From contig NC_092673.1 in the NCBI RefSeq assembly GCF_964355755.1, positions 16,611,548 to 16,675,547 of the forward strand: a DNA stretch of 64,000 bases, read 5' to 3'. Both the position numbers and the translations under genes were made by a program. Within the stretch, counting starts at the first letter, position 1, and the number at the start of each line of letters is the position of its first letter. This document shows, in pieces, positions 1 to 12,382 of this stretch. The DNA comes from Antedon mediterranea (lineage: Eukaryota; Animalia; Echinodermata). The notes beneath the pieces were generated by a model. That model was not told the DNA's origin, searched no databases, and worked only from the letters and a program-made list of their open reading frames with translations.

Positions 1-63
1 AATTTTAGCGAAGACGAACTGGCTGCAGTCGACGACTTTAAATTTGTTATAGAAACGAAATGA
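1..63 (+). CDS. 3' end of an upstream ORF (partial)
   Basis: Frame 1 reads NFSEDELAAVDDFKFVIETK* and its TGA overlaps the next ATG (ATGA at 60-63), as in compact viral genomes. Confidence 0.4.
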   Translation, partial: NFSEDELAAVDDFKFVIETK

Positions 64-938
64 ATAAAAAACAAATAATTCTGATTCTATTTCTGTTTAT
101 TGCAAACAAGTCATTATGTACGTCGTCGCAGGTTGGTTACCTGAAAGACATAAATTATAGAAACGATGCACACGATACGTACGTTGTTATTCCAGACGAC
201 GCGTTAAACGTTTCCTCGTGCATTTCCTCTAGTCTCGAGAGTATTAGTTATGATGAAGTGTTTGTATCGAACGTGACTGTGCGACCGTTGTGCGGTAAAG
301 GCATCATAGTGACAGCGAATGATTGCACGTCGTTTTTGATCGGTGATCACGTTCACGTACAAGACTTTTCGTTTAAATGCAACAACTGGTCGCGTTCGTC
401 GTCTGCGCTGCGTCTCACAGGAGTCGGACGCGTGTACAACGTTACATTGGAGCGTCTCGGTGTACACGGTGGTGGTGGTGGTGGTGGTGGTGATGATGAT
501 GATGTAATGAATATCGATTCAGCGCCACCGCCCATACTCGTTCACGTATCACCGCTGTTGTCTGAAGAAACGTTGCGGGTACACAACGTGAGTTTAAACT
601 CGATCGTCGGTGGCTCTGTTGTGTTGAATCGACTGTATGGCTCGATGACAGTGTCTAGATCTACGCTCGTCGAGCGTGTAGAGTGTGTTCGACTGGAACT
701 CATCAGAAACGCCACCAAACTATTGGACTGGGACCGATGGATGTCGTTAGGCTGCTCCAGTACTGTACACGAAGACGACTGTGATTGTACACTAGAATTG
801 ATTACCTGTTGTACAGCGTTTTTAGTAGCGATCGTGTCTGTCTACGCAATATGCGCTGGAGCCAGAATGCACGTGCATAACCGCAAAGTGGCTGAAAGTG
901 CTCTGGCCGAAGATCATTCATTTCATCAATCAAAGTGA
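60..938 (+). CDS. Type I membrane glycoprotein, 292 aa
   Basis: Signal peptide (KQIILILFLFIA), several N-x-S/T sequons, beta-rich ectodomain, C-terminal TM (LITCCTAFLVAIVSVYAICAGA) and short tail. Confidence 0.7.
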   Translation: MNKKQIILILFLFIANKSLCTSSQVGYLKDINYRNDAHDTYVVIPDDALNVSSCISSSLESISYDEVFVSNVTVRPLCGKGIIVTANDCTSFLIGDHVHVQDFSFKCNNWSRSSSALRLTGVGRVYNVTLERLGVHGGGGGGGGDDDDVMNIDSAPPPILVHVSPLLSEETLRVHNVSLNSIVGGSVVLNRLYGSMTVSRSTLVERVECVRLELIRNATKLLDWDRWMSLGCSSTVHEDDCDCTLELITCCTAFLVAIVSVYAICAGARMHVHNRKVAESALAEDHSFHQSK

Positions 939-1621
939 AAAAAATGTTTGATTCGTTTTGCAAAGCGTCCGCGCGTCAAAGAATGACCGCCGGGATCAAG
1001 TCTGTGTAACTGATAGCACATTTCTCGATGCAAAGTTCTAAAGATGCGTTTTAATGTGGCCATATAATGAGAGACGAGAGGCCAAGTATTGTACAAAACC
1101 ACGACGGATATGATAAGATATCGCCGAATCACGTCCAAGATTAGATTTAGATGAAAGGCAAAGCAGATATCGTCCTGATAACTGACGGAGCAGTCACCGT
1201 GCGTCGGTTGCCATACGAGTAGATTCATTGGATAATAGACAAGATAACGAGTGAACGTTATCGAGTAAAACCATCGCATTTTGTCACAGAAAACGTATCC
1301 CATCGTTCTGTGAAATCCGTAACGTACGACTTGATACCAAGTTTGAAAAGCTTCGCATCCGTCGATGGTGTGCCACAGAGCCTGGAATTGATGCATGTAC
1401 ACGCGTAAACTTTTCTTCTTGGCTTGACTGATGATGATTCGCTCCACTTGTTTCGTTACAGCGGACAATACTTTACATACGTTGCCGACGATGGCTCTGG
1501 ACGCTACGATGACATAACTGATGAGACTGAACGTTATGAAAAGTATGATAGATATGTAGAAATACGGTTGAATGGGCAACCATCGATAAGCGCATTCGAA
1601 CAAGGCCAGTTTAATGCCCAT
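926..1621 (-). CDS. Multi-pass membrane protein, 231 aa
   Basis: ORF with hydrophobic segments (FYISIILFITFSLISYVIVA; YLIISVVVLY); 3' end overlaps the previous gene. Confidence 0.6.
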   Translation of the reverse strand: MGIKLALFECAYRWLPIQPYFYISIILFITFSLISYVIVASRAIVGNVCKVLSAVTKQVERIIISQAKKKSLRVYMHQFQALWHTIDGCEAFQTWYQVVRYGFHRTMGYVFCDKMRWFYSITFTRYLVYYPMNLLVWQPTHGDCSVSYQDDICFAFHLNLILDVIRRYLIISVVVLYNTWPLVSHYMATLKRIFRTLHREMCYQLHRLDPGGHSLTRGRFAKRIKHFFHFD

Positions 1622-1661
1622 AGTGTAGTGCGTGTGTGCGGTGGTTTTTTTTTTGTTTTTT

Positions 1662-2048
1662 TTAGAGACAAGCCTGAACGTACGCTAACATCGCTGCCGA
1701 TACACCACCGACGTACCGATACTCACACGAGAATCCGAAACGATCGTTGGGACACACGCAATAGTTACCGTCTGCGGCGTCAGAGTATACACATCGGCCA
1801 TTATGCGCTGTACACATCGTGCAGTTTACTGTTGTTTTAGGAATCGATTGTTTGCACACGGCTCCGGAGACGCCATCGCCTACACACACGCAATATTTCG
1901 ATACACCATCGTACTCCATTCGTCCACTGATGCCACACAACCGTTCGTTGCATGCGCTATTTCTTCCACGGGACACGTAGACAAGTAGCAACGTTATGCA
2001 TACGATTGTCAACAAAGTGATAGTGATAGTTTTGACTTCTAGAATCAT
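1662..2048 (-). CDS. Membrane-anchored or secreted protein with two EGF-like modules, 128 aa
   Basis: N-terminal hydrophobic segment; C-x-C-x5-G-x2-C patterns CVCVGDGVSGAVC and CVCPNDRFGFSC. Confidence 0.7.
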   Translation of the reverse strand: MILEVKTITITLLTIVCITLLLVYVSRGRNSACNERLCGISGRMEYDGVSKYCVCVGDGVSGAVCKQSIPKTTVNCTMCTAHNGRCVYSDAADGNYCVCPNDRFGFSCEYRYVGGVSAAMLAYVQACL

Positions 2049-2057
2049 AGTTTATTA

Positions 2058-2234
2058 TTATACAATTAGTGTTTGTTTACTGTGTTTGGTTTGTAAATGG
2101 AAGGTGCTTTTTTTTTTTGTTAATATTCTCGCGTAATGTACGACCAATGCTATTAATAACAGAATCAATAGCAAACAAATAGTGCTGACGATACAACATA
2201 CAGTATTTATGCGTGTATAAACAAACGAATCCAT
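2058..2234 (-). CDS. Small single-TM protein, about 58 aa
   Basis: ATG at 2234; TM VCCIVSTICLLLILLLIALVV; basic tail; co-oriented with the neighbouring membrane genes. Confidence 0.5.
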   Translation of the reverse strand: MDSFVYTRINTVCCIVSTICLLLILLLIALVVHYARILTKKKSTFHLQTKHSKQTLIV

Positions 2235-2764
2235 GTCTTTCTCACTCTCTCTCTCTCTCTCTCCTCCCTCGACATTCTCAATCACATTTATAGTCATAAC
2301 ATTCTGTCGTCGTCATCACGTTGAAAGAGAGAAAAACACAATATATATTTTTTTCTTTCAAACGTTTAATTTTATTGTCACTACTGTACTATTACTACAA
2401 TGTTTATTGCTGCATTGAATTGATTACTACTACAATATAATTTTAAGTTTTCTCAATGGATTCGTTGTTACTACGATTTAGTGTTACTGTCAAGAGGTAT
2501 CTTTCTATAAAACTATAGCAAGTTCGGTATACGTTTCTGTCTGCAGAAATGATGTACATATAGTATAGAGTGTGCTATATAGAGTATCTTGTGTAAACAT
2601 GTTTTGCCAACCGAAATGTTTAGTCTAGTGACTTTAACGTTGCGCACAGCCATCGGTTCAAGGTGTGTCAAGGACATGCATTTTTTTTTTCAATAGTTGA
2701 GAGAGAATATTTAGAGGGTTAGGTTTGTATAATTAGAAAGTACACTATCATGTAGCACAATTAA

Positions 2765-3130
2765 ATATTTTTTTATTATTATTATAATATTAATCTCCAT
2801 TCTTTAAGCTTTCGAAAAAATAATGTAACTTGCTTTATAATTTCTTTCAAGGCAATTAAGATATGACCCGATTTCAACAAAGCACTTCCGAATTCAACAA
2901 AGCACTTCCGAATTCAATAGATTATCAACAATTAGAAAACAGCCTTTGAAGATTTTACACCCTTAAACAATGAAACCTTAGTCTCTTGCGCTTTATAAAT
3001 GTTATTTATTATTTATTATTATTAATACGAATAAAGATTACACTTTAATTTCTTTTAATTTTATTATCATCTTCATATATAAAATCAACAATTAAAAATG
3101 CATAATTTTTATTGATTAATGGATTATTTT
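2765..3130 (+). mobile_element. Internal fragment of AT-rich repeat family R1
   Basis: Matches 43420-44010 directly and 27140-27545 as reverse complement (e.g. ggcaattaagatatgacccgatttcaacaaagcacttccgaattcaatagattatcaacaattagaaaacagcc). Confidence 0.8.
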
Positions 3131-4626
3131 AGTCCAGTCAAAAAATCACCCTCACCATGGTATAAGAACGTACCCTAATAAAATTTCATCCGTAGGTTCT
3201 ATGTATATAGGTAATAACATTTCTTGATGTTGCGTCTTGCAAAACTTGGGATTTTACGAGAAAATTAGACTTAATATTATTAGAAAGTATTTAATACTTA
3301 AAAAAGGAGAATTGGGTAATACAGTATGTAGTTTCTCGCGAATCTTACATCACACTCCAACATTCTCACTCTCTCTTTTATTTAGTGGAAAAACACTTTA
3401 ACTTTAGAATGCTTTGAATTCTGGAAGACGACTTCGAACTTAAAGAATCGTCATGAATGAAGTTTATTGGCTCAAACTTCACACATCGGTACGATGTGAA
3501 GGCCAGACGGATTCAGAGAGGATCAAACCGGCTCCTCCTCCCCATTGGCAGTGGGCAGCGGTGGGTGGCGGCGGGTGAAAGGGGAAAATGAAAAATGTTG
3601 ATTCAGACGAATGCCAACCAGCCCCTTTGATACGCTCTTAATAATTGTTGGAAAGTGAAAGTAGGTCTACTTGAGGTAGTATCTTTCGTATAGGAGGCGC
3701 GCCTACGCGAAATGGATTATCCTTAAATAATTGGTTCTTACTCTAATTAAGATTATAATCGCGAATGATAGTTCAAAATATGCAATGCATTGTGATATTC
3801 ACGCAAGTAGGCCTAATGCTGTGGAAAAAAAAGAATGTCCAAAATAAAACCAGCGGAACTATCTATCATTACGCTTCAGCAGATATACAAATATACACTT
3901 AATCCATCATGATGGTATACTGGAGGTTGTAATGTGTTTAAATATATACAATCCGTTTTTCCATGATAAAAAATATAAATACATTTGTGAAAATATAATA
4001 ATAATATTCTGCCTCTTGCAGAGGCAATAACTAACAAACCGCATCGGGTTTCGTATATTAATGCCGTGTACTGTGTAACCATCCGGCCATACAAGTCCGA
4101 TAAAAGTATGACAAAAACCGCATCGGGTTTCGTATATTAATGCCTTGTATATATATAATCATCCATACAAGTCCGATAAAAGTATGACGCGTGAGGGCGC
4201 ACTTTATTCTATGAAAGGCCATTTTGATTTGTACATTTTTAAACACATATCTGTAAATATTTTAGTTTATAATTGGGTTTTGTTTATAATTTTATGTATT
4301 TTATTATACAATTTATTGTAAACTATATTTAAATTTTTGTATAAACTATTAATTTTGTAGGTTTTTAGCTTTGTTAATGCATTTTTCAACGGGCGCTAAC
4401 GGCGTCTCGTAATTTCAGTCACGCTTCGTCGCATTTGCTGTACACAATAATACGACATGAGGCGGTTATAAATTGGGTATAAAAAGTCTAATTTTCTCGT
4501 AAAATCCCAAGTTTTGCAAGACGCAACCATCAAGAAATGTTATTACCTATATACATAGAACCTACGGATGAAATTTAATTAGGGTACGTTCTTATACCAT
4601 GGTGAGGGTGATTTTTTGACTGGACT
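3131..4626. mobile_element. Non-autonomous DNA transposon with about 140-bp TIRs (family R2)
   Basis: 3131-3272 (AGTCCAGTCAAAAAATCACCCTCACCATGG...) is the near-perfect reverse complement of 4484-4626. No coding capacity; no TSD evident. Confidence 0.8.
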
Positions 4627-5093
4627 GACGGTGTCAATATCCATGGGTGTCTAAGCAAACCGTATCCATGTCTCTCTCTCTCTCTCTTTATTTCTTCATC
4701 AACATTCTCACAATCACATAAAATTCTGTCGTCGTCGTCGTCATCGCGTTGGAAGAGAGAAAAAACACAATATTTTTTTTTTCTTTCAAACGTTTAATTG
4801 TATTATCACTACTATTACTACAATGTTTGTTGCGGCATTGAATTGATTATTACTACACTACAATTTTTAGTTTTCTTAATGAATTCGTTGTTACTATTAT
4901 ATTGAGGTAGACGCAACGTTAAAATTGCATTGAGTTGTACAATAAATTATAAATAGAAATAATCAAACGTTTAATTATTATTATTATCACTACTAATATT
5001 ACTACTACAATTACGGCATTGATTTGTACAATAAAAAATTACTAATACAAAATAAACTACAAAAACAACAACAATGTTTTTTTTTTTTTAAAG

Positions 5094-6668
5094 TCAATGG
5101 ATTCGTTGTTTTTTCTTAATATTGCCGCATTGAGGAAGACGCTTTCGTTTTGTCAGTTGTTGGCGCATCTCATCACGCAAAGTATCGGCCATCGAAAGCA
5201 AACTGTCTTGAAACGTAGAAACCATATCGGTTTCTCGTTTTTGCATATTTTCTATTACTTGTTGATATTTGATTTCTCTTTCTTCCGATTTGGTGATGTG
5301 ATTTTGGAATTCTATCAACATGTTATTGAATTGTGTTTGTAAAGTACTCAATTTGGTCTCTGTTTCGCGTAAATCTTGGCGTGCCTGCTCCAATTGGCTT
5401 ATCAGTTGTTGAATGCCAATGTTAGATGAGGGTATATTATTTACATCACTAATAAAACCTCTTGTTGAAGGATACTTGTCTATTAGAGAATCTTTTAAGA
5501 TTCGTTTTCGTTTGTACTCACATTTTTCTTTTAATTTCGTCATTTGATCTGATATCTGAAGAATGTTTATTATGGCAGTCCAATCACTGCTTGCATGTGA
5601 TTCCATCGCTCGTCCAACAAATCTAGCAAATAGTGTTTTGTTGATTGAATTGGTTTTGGCAATATTCGCAATGGCGGTGGCAACACCATTCTTTTTCTCC
5701 GATGCGCACGGTGTGGAAAAGGCACCGTGCAAAGTTATGGGATACTTCATGTCCGCACCGCAGTGATAGGTTCTTTTTTCTTGTTTATGCAATAACAATA
5801 TACGGTTGTTGTTGGTCACCGTAATTTGCAACTCTTCCAGTTTACCGTTGTCCAATTCGTTATCCAGAGTCAACTCTAGTCGCATGCGTCGTTTTACAGT
5901 TATCGGCATGATGGCGGCCGTATAGACAACTCCATTTGGAGTTCTAAGTCGAACGCCATTCATCGGCGGCGACGACGACGACGACGACGACGCAACATCA
6001 TCATCGCATTGTGGACTGTAGAGACAGCCGAGTGCCATATAGAAACAAATACGTTTCACGTCGCCATTTATTATGTCAAAAATCGGCACGGGCATCGTCG
6101 ATACATCGGCGCCGACAAAGTCAGCAACACAGTTTTTATTTCGTGAAGAAACGTTCATAAACACGTTGTCCCTACCGTATTGCTGCATTATTGTTTTCCT
6201 ATTGTCTTCTCCAAGTACACTCATGACTTGATTTTCAATTGTAGATTCGACAAGTCGCGATGATTCCAGAACACTTGCAACAACCGCGTACTCTTCTTCA
6301 CCGTCCGTACACATCAATAACATTGGCATCTCGTGCATACGTCCTTTTGCCTTTTGCAAAGATCCGATCATTCGACCGTATGATTGCGTTAGTGTATGTT
6401 CAGATCCATCGCAGAAAGCAATTAGTTTACCGAGACTGCCTCGAACATTTATCATCGTGTTTGCCTTTGTTGATTCTTGCGGCGTCGGTGGTGGTGGTGA
6501 TGGGTGTGGTTGTTGTTCTGATGCTATATCATCTTCTTGTTGGTACTCCATGAAAACTGGTTCGACCGGGTCTTGCAATTCCAACATTGCCGTCTTTAAT
6601 ATGTCGTCGTCTGTTGAATTGAACGCTAATAGGTTTTCTAAAAACATGTCCATATCGCAATGATCCAT
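5094..6668 (-). CDS. 524-aa protein with acidic/Pro-rich N-terminus, C-terminal coiled coil and basic NLS-like end; possible nuclear regulator
   Basis: First in-frame ATG at 6668; heptad region IQQLISQLEQARQDLRETETKLSTLQTQF; KRKR...KKKQR terminus; TATA and CCAAT upstream. Confidence 0.75.
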   Translation of the reverse strand: MDHCDMDMFLENLLAFNSTDDDILKTAMLELQDPVEPVFMEYQQEDDIASEQQPHPSPPPPTPQESTKANTMINVRGSLGKLIAFCDGSEHTLTQSYGRMIGSLQKAKGRMHEMPMLLMCTDGEEEYAVVASVLESSRLVESTIENQVMSVLGEDNRKTIMQQYGRDNVFMNVSSRNKNCVADFVGADVSTMPVPIFDIINGDVKRICFYMALGCLYSPQCDDDVASSSSSSSPPMNGVRLRTPNGVVYTAAIMPITVKRRMRLELTLDNELDNGKLEELQITVTNNNRILLLHKQEKRTYHCGADMKYPITLHGAFSTPCASEKKNGVATAIANIAKTNSINKTLFARFVGRAMESHASSDWTAIINILQISDQMTKLKEKCEYKRKRILKDSLIDKYPSTRGFISDVNNIPSSNIGIQQLISQLEQARQDLRETETKLSTLQTQFNNMLIEFQNHITKSEEREIKYQQVIENMQKRETDMVSTFQDSLLSMADTLRDEMRQQLTKRKRLPQCGNIKKKQRIH

Positions 6669-6703
6669 GATGACTACTGACGAATGCACGGTGAGCGAGT
6701 TAA

Positions 6704-6732
6704 CGTATATATAGACCCAAACAGCCAATCAA
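6704..6732 (-). promoter_or_regulatory. TATA plus CCAAT promoter between divergent genes (duplicated at about 13556-13584)
   Basis: TATATATA at 6706-6713 and GCCAATC at 6724-6730, 40-60 bp upstream of ATG 6668. Confidence 0.5.
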
Positions 6733-6893
6733 CGTCCAGCTTGAATAAGCGGTGTTGACTACCATTTGAAGATGATGCGTTGTTTTTTTGTTGTTTTTTT
6801 TGTTCACGCTGCTGTTTTTCGTAATGCAATAAGAGTATCGATTAGAGTGTATTTGTGTACGTGTACATTGGAGAGAAAGAGAATGCTTTTGTC

Positions 6894-7296
6894 ATGCAAT
6901 CTGTTTCCCGTATAGTGGCGAGAAGACCTAACAATTACCTGATTTCAGCTATACTCGTGACTTTATTATGCTGTATTCCATTCGGTATTATAGGAATCGT
7001 GTACAGCGTAGATGTAAGTAATCTATTTCCTCTACAACCTCATCCCATCACCACTTTTTTTTAAATTTTTTTAATCTATTTTAGTTTCTATTCTTTTACT
7101 TTTACAGAGTTCGAGAAAGTTCGACTACGGTGACAGTGAGGGTGCAGCCAGATCAGCACGATCGGCAAAGAGATGGTCTATTGCAGGATTGCTGTTTGGA
7201 ATCATCATCATCGTCGTCGTTTGCATCATATGGACCTTGAACTCAAGTCTACCTAATCATTCCACTCACCCTCCTTCGTTACAAGACATCATGTGA
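6894..7296 (+). CDS. CD225/dispanin (IFITM/PRRT-like) protein, 102 aa, two exons (6894-7013, 7108-7296)
   Basis: Exon 1 NYLISAILVTLLCCIPFGIIGIVYSVD|GTAAGT; TTTTACAG|exon 2 SSRKFDYGDSEGAARSARSAKRWSIAGLLFGIIIIVVVCII. Canonical CD225 motifs; phase-0 join. Confidence 0.9.
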
Positions 7297-7419
7297 TTCA
7301 AGCGAGAGGCAGTTGAAAACATTTGTATTTGATAATACATATATAACAGCGTTGTTGTTGTTGAATGATTATGTTTTTTTTTTTTTCAAAAATAAATAAT
7401 ATGTGCATATAAATAAGAA

Positions 7420-8345
7420 ATGACCAAGTTTAATGCGTTTACAATAAAATACATGCACTGTCCTTGGTGCGTGGGTATTGAAGAATAGTTTTGTCATAAA
7501 ACTGTTAAAGATCATTTCATACATCGAATGAATGCAATTGTCTTAAACGGCAAGTTAGATATTATAACGCGCCTCCTATAATGCGCACCTTTGGCAACTG
7601 TATCGGTATTGAAAATGTTTTGGCATCGTTTGCCATCGTATAATGAACCTTGGTATCAAGTTCTAAACCAATTTCAACTCACCCTCCTTCGTTAAAAGAT
7701 TATCATGTGATTGAGAGCGGTAGAGGTAATGAATTACTATTTCCTAATTTTATATACTGTAACATCTAAATGAACATTCTAGAATGTGTTTAGATTTTAA
7801 GAAACCGTGTATAATAATTATTATAAAAACATTCCAAAAGTATCTATTATTTTTGTTCTAAAGAATTATCGAACGAATGATTGATGATGACCAATGACCA
7901 TGACACTGTCCTCCTTTGTGCTGGGTGTATTGAAGAATAATTTTCTCATAAAACGGTTAAAGGGTCATTTCATATATCGACCAAATGCAAACGGGTACCA
8001 GTTTTCTGTCTCTTTTTTGTTCTAAAGAATTATCGATGACAGATGACCAAGTTGAATGCGTTTACAATAACAGCCACGCACTGTCCTCTTTGGTGCGCGT
8101 GTATTGAAGAATAATTTTCTCATAAAACTGTTAAAAGGGTCATTTCATACATCCAATGAATGCAAACGGGTACCAGTTTTCTGTCTCTTTTTTGTTCTAA
8201 ACAATGATGACAGATGACCAAGTTGAAAGCGTTTACAATAAGAGACATGCATTGTCCATTGGTGCGGGAGTATTGAAGAATGGTTTTGTCATACAACTGT
8301 TAAAGGGTCATTTCATACATCGAACCAATGCAATTGTCTTAAACG
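7420..8345. repeat. Diverged repeats of about 170-175 bp (about 4 copies; repeated again at about 9980-10340 and 14340-15300)
   Basis: Recurring gatgaccaagttgaatgcgtttacaataa...gtattgaagaata...aactgttaaagggtcatttcatacatc...aatgcaa. Confidence 0.8.
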
Positions 8346-11300
8346 GCAAGTTAGATAATATATCTCGCCTATAATGCGTGCCTCTGCCACTCGGTATTGA
8401 ATATGTTTAACCGTCATCATAAAATTTTCCAACATTATACAGTAACATGTACATGGACATTCTAGAATGTGTTTAGATTTTAAGAAACCGTGTATAATAA
8501 TTATTATAAGAACAATTAGAAACAATCCAAAAGTATGATTAGAAACTGTAATACCAATAGAGTAAGAAGTATCATCTAGAAGGTTACGAACATATCGTAT
8601 ACAAGGAAGAAGAGGGAACGGGTAGTGTTCTCTCTCCGTTTGGGTGAACTGAATGCTTGAAAACATTGACTCGCGCTGTTTCCTGAAGTATGCTATCATT
8701 AGAAACTGTAATCGAATAGAATAAGAAGTATGATCTGGAAAGTTATAAACATTATTGTATATATACAACAGGCGACGAATGCACGGCATGTATGCCTCTT
8801 ATTGATTGCACGACCGTATCAACTCGATCGGTAAAGAGACGGTGTATGTATCTACATGAACATTCTAGAATAAGAGTGTGTTTGGATTTAAGAAACCATG
8901 TATAATAATTATACAACGCGCGATGAATGCACGGCATGTTATGCATGTTACTGATTGCGCGGCTTACTCAACTTAACATTGACTATAATCGCGAATAAAC
9001 AATGCATTGTGATATCCGCGCAAGTAATGCTGTTAAAAAAAGAATGTCCAGAATATAGGCTAACCAGACAACTAGGAGATCATTACGCTTTAGCAGATAC
9101 AATACGGCGCTTCACTTAATCCATCATGATGGTAGACTGGAGGTTGTAATGTGTTTAAATATATACAATCCTTTTTTTGTTTCCATGATAAAAACTAGAA
9201 ATACATTTGTGAAAATATAATAATAAAAGTCTGCCTCTTGCAGAGGCAATAAACTAACAAACCGCATCGGGTTTCGTATATTAATGCCTTGTATATATAT
9301 AATCATCCATACAAGTCCGATAAAAGTATGACGCGTGAGGGCGCACTTTATTCTATGAAAGGCCATTTTGATTTGTACATTTTTAAACACATATCTGTAA
9401 ATATTTTAGTTTATAATTGGGTTTTCTTTATAATTTTATGTATTTTATTATACAATTTATTGTAAACTATATTTAAATTTTTGTATAAACTATTAATTTT
9501 GTAGGTTTTTAGCTTTGTTAATGCATTTTTCAACGGGCGCTAACGGCGTCTCGTAATTTCAGTCACGCTTCGTCGCATTCGCTGTACACAATAATACGAC
9601 ATGAGGCGGTTATAAATTGGGTATAACAAGTCTAATTTTCTCGTAAAATCCCAAGTTTTGCAAGACGCAACCATCAAGAAATGTTATTACCTATATACAT
9701 AGAACCTACGGATGAAATTTTATTAGGGTACGTTCTTATACCATGGTGAGGGTGATTTTTTGACTGGACTCAACATTCAATATCCATGGGTGTCTAAGCA
9801 AACCGTATCCATGTCTCTCTCTCTCTCTCTCTCTTTATCAACATTCTCACAATCACATAACATTCTGTCGTCGTCGTCATCGCGTTGGAAGAGAGAAAAA
9901 ACACAATATTTTTTTTTTCTTTCAAACGTTTAATTGTATTATCACTACTATTACTACAAATTGCGGCATTGAATTGATTAAATGAATGCAAACGGGTACC
10001 AGTTTTCTGTCTCTTTTTTGTTCTAAAGAATTATCGATGACAGATGACCAAGTCGAATGCGTTTACAATAACAGACACGCACTGTCCTCTTTGGTGCGCG
10101 TGTATTGAAGAATAATTTTCTCATAAAACTGTTAAAAGGGTCATTTCATACATCCAATGAATGCAAACGGGTACCAGTTTTCTGTCTCTTTTTTGTTCTA
10201 AACAATGATGACAGATGACCAAGTTGAAAGCGTTTACAATAAGAGACATGCATTGTCCATTGGTGCGGGAGTATTGAAGAATGGTTTTGTCATACAACTG
10301 TTAAAGGGTCATTTCATACATCGAACAAATGCAATTGTCTTAAACGGCAAGTTAGATAATATATCTCGCCTATAATGCGTGCCTCTGCCACTCGGTATTG
10401 AATATGTTTAACCGTCATCATAAAATTTTCCAACATTATACAGTAACATGTACATGGACATTCTAGAATGTGTTTAGATTTTAAGAAACCGTGTATAATA
10501 ATTATTATAAGAACAATCAGAAACATTCCAAAAGTATGATTAGAAACTGTAATACCAATAGAGTAAGAAGTATCATCTAGAAGGTTACGAACATATCGTA
10601 TACAAGAAGAGAGAACGGGTAGTGTTCTCTCTCCGTTTGGGTGAACTGAATGCTTGAAAACATTGACTCGCGCTGTTTCCTGAAGGATGCTATCATTAGA
10701 AACTGTAATCGAATAGAATAAGAAGTATGATCTGGAAAGTTATAAACATTATTGTATATATACAACACGCGATGCATGCACGGCATGTTATGCCTGTTAC
10801 TGATTGCGCGACCGTATCAACTCGATCGGTAAAAAGAGACGGTGTATTGCTTCTTCTCGAAGTAAACAATATTTTAAATTGGTTCTCTCGGTATACAACA
10901 CGCGATGAATGCACGGCATGTTATGCCTCTTATTGATTGCACGACCGTATCAACTCGATCGGTAAAGAGACGGTGTATGTATCTACATGAACATTCTAGA
11001 ATAAGAGTGTGTTTGGATTTAAGAAACCATGTATAATAATTATACAACGCGCGATGAATGCTCGGCATGTTATGCATGTTACTGATTGCGCGGCTTACTC
11101 AACTTAACATTGACTATAATCGCGAATAAACAATGCATTGTGATATCCGCGCAAGTAATGCTGTTAAAAAAAGAATGTCCAGAATATAGGCTAACCAGAC
11201 AACTAGGAGATCATTACGCTTTAGCAGATACAATACGGCGCTTCACTTAATCCATCATGATGGTAGACTGGAGGTTGTAATGTGTTTAAATATATACAAT

Positions 11301-12382
11301 CCTTTTTTTGTTTCCATGATAAAAACTAGAAATACATTTGTGAAAATATAATAATAAAAGTCTGCCTCTTGCAGAGGCAATAAACTAACAAACCGCATCG
11401 GGTTTCGTATATTAATGCCTTGTATATATATAATCATCCATACAAGTCCGATAAAAGTATGACGCGTGAGGGCGCACTTTATTCTATGAAAGGCCATTTT
11501 GATTTGTACATTTTTAAACACATATCTGTAAATATTTTAGTTTATAATTGGGTTTTCTTTATAATTTTATGTATTTTATTATACAATTTATTGTAAACTA
11601 TATTTAAATTTTTGTATAAACTATTAATTTTGTAGGTTTTTAGCTTTGTTATGGCATTTTTCAACGGGCGCTAACGGCGTCTCGTAATTTCAGTCACGCT
11701 TCGTCGCATTCGCTGTACACAATAATACGACATGAGGCGGTTATAAATTGGGTATAAAAAGTCTAATTTTCTCGTAAAATCCCAAGTTTTGCAAGACGCA
11801 ACCATCAAGAAATGTTATTACCTATATACATAGAACCTACGGATGAAATTTTATTAGGGTACGTTCTTATACCATGGTGAGGGTGATTTTTTGACTGGAC
11901 TCAACATTCAATATCCATGGGTGTCTAAGCAAACCGTATCCATGTCTCTCTCTCTCTCTTTATTTCTTCATCAACATTCTCACAATCACATAAAATTCTG
12001 TCGTCGTCGTCATCGCGTTGGAAGAGAGAAAAAACACAATATTTTTTTTTTCTTTCAAACGTTTAATTGTATTATCACTACTATTACTACAATGTTTATT
12101 GCGGCATTGAATTGATTATTACTACACTACAATTTTTAGTTTTCTTAATGAATTCGTTGTTACTATTATATTGAGGTAGACGCAACGTTAAAATTGCATT
12201 GATTTGTACAATAAATTATAAATAGAAATAATGAAACGTTTAATTATTATTATTATCACTACTACTATTACTACTACTACAATTACGGCATTGATTTGTA
12301 CAATAAAAAATTACTAACAACAAAATTACTACAAAATGGAAAAATGAAAAAAACAACAACAATGTTTTTTTTTTTTTTAAAG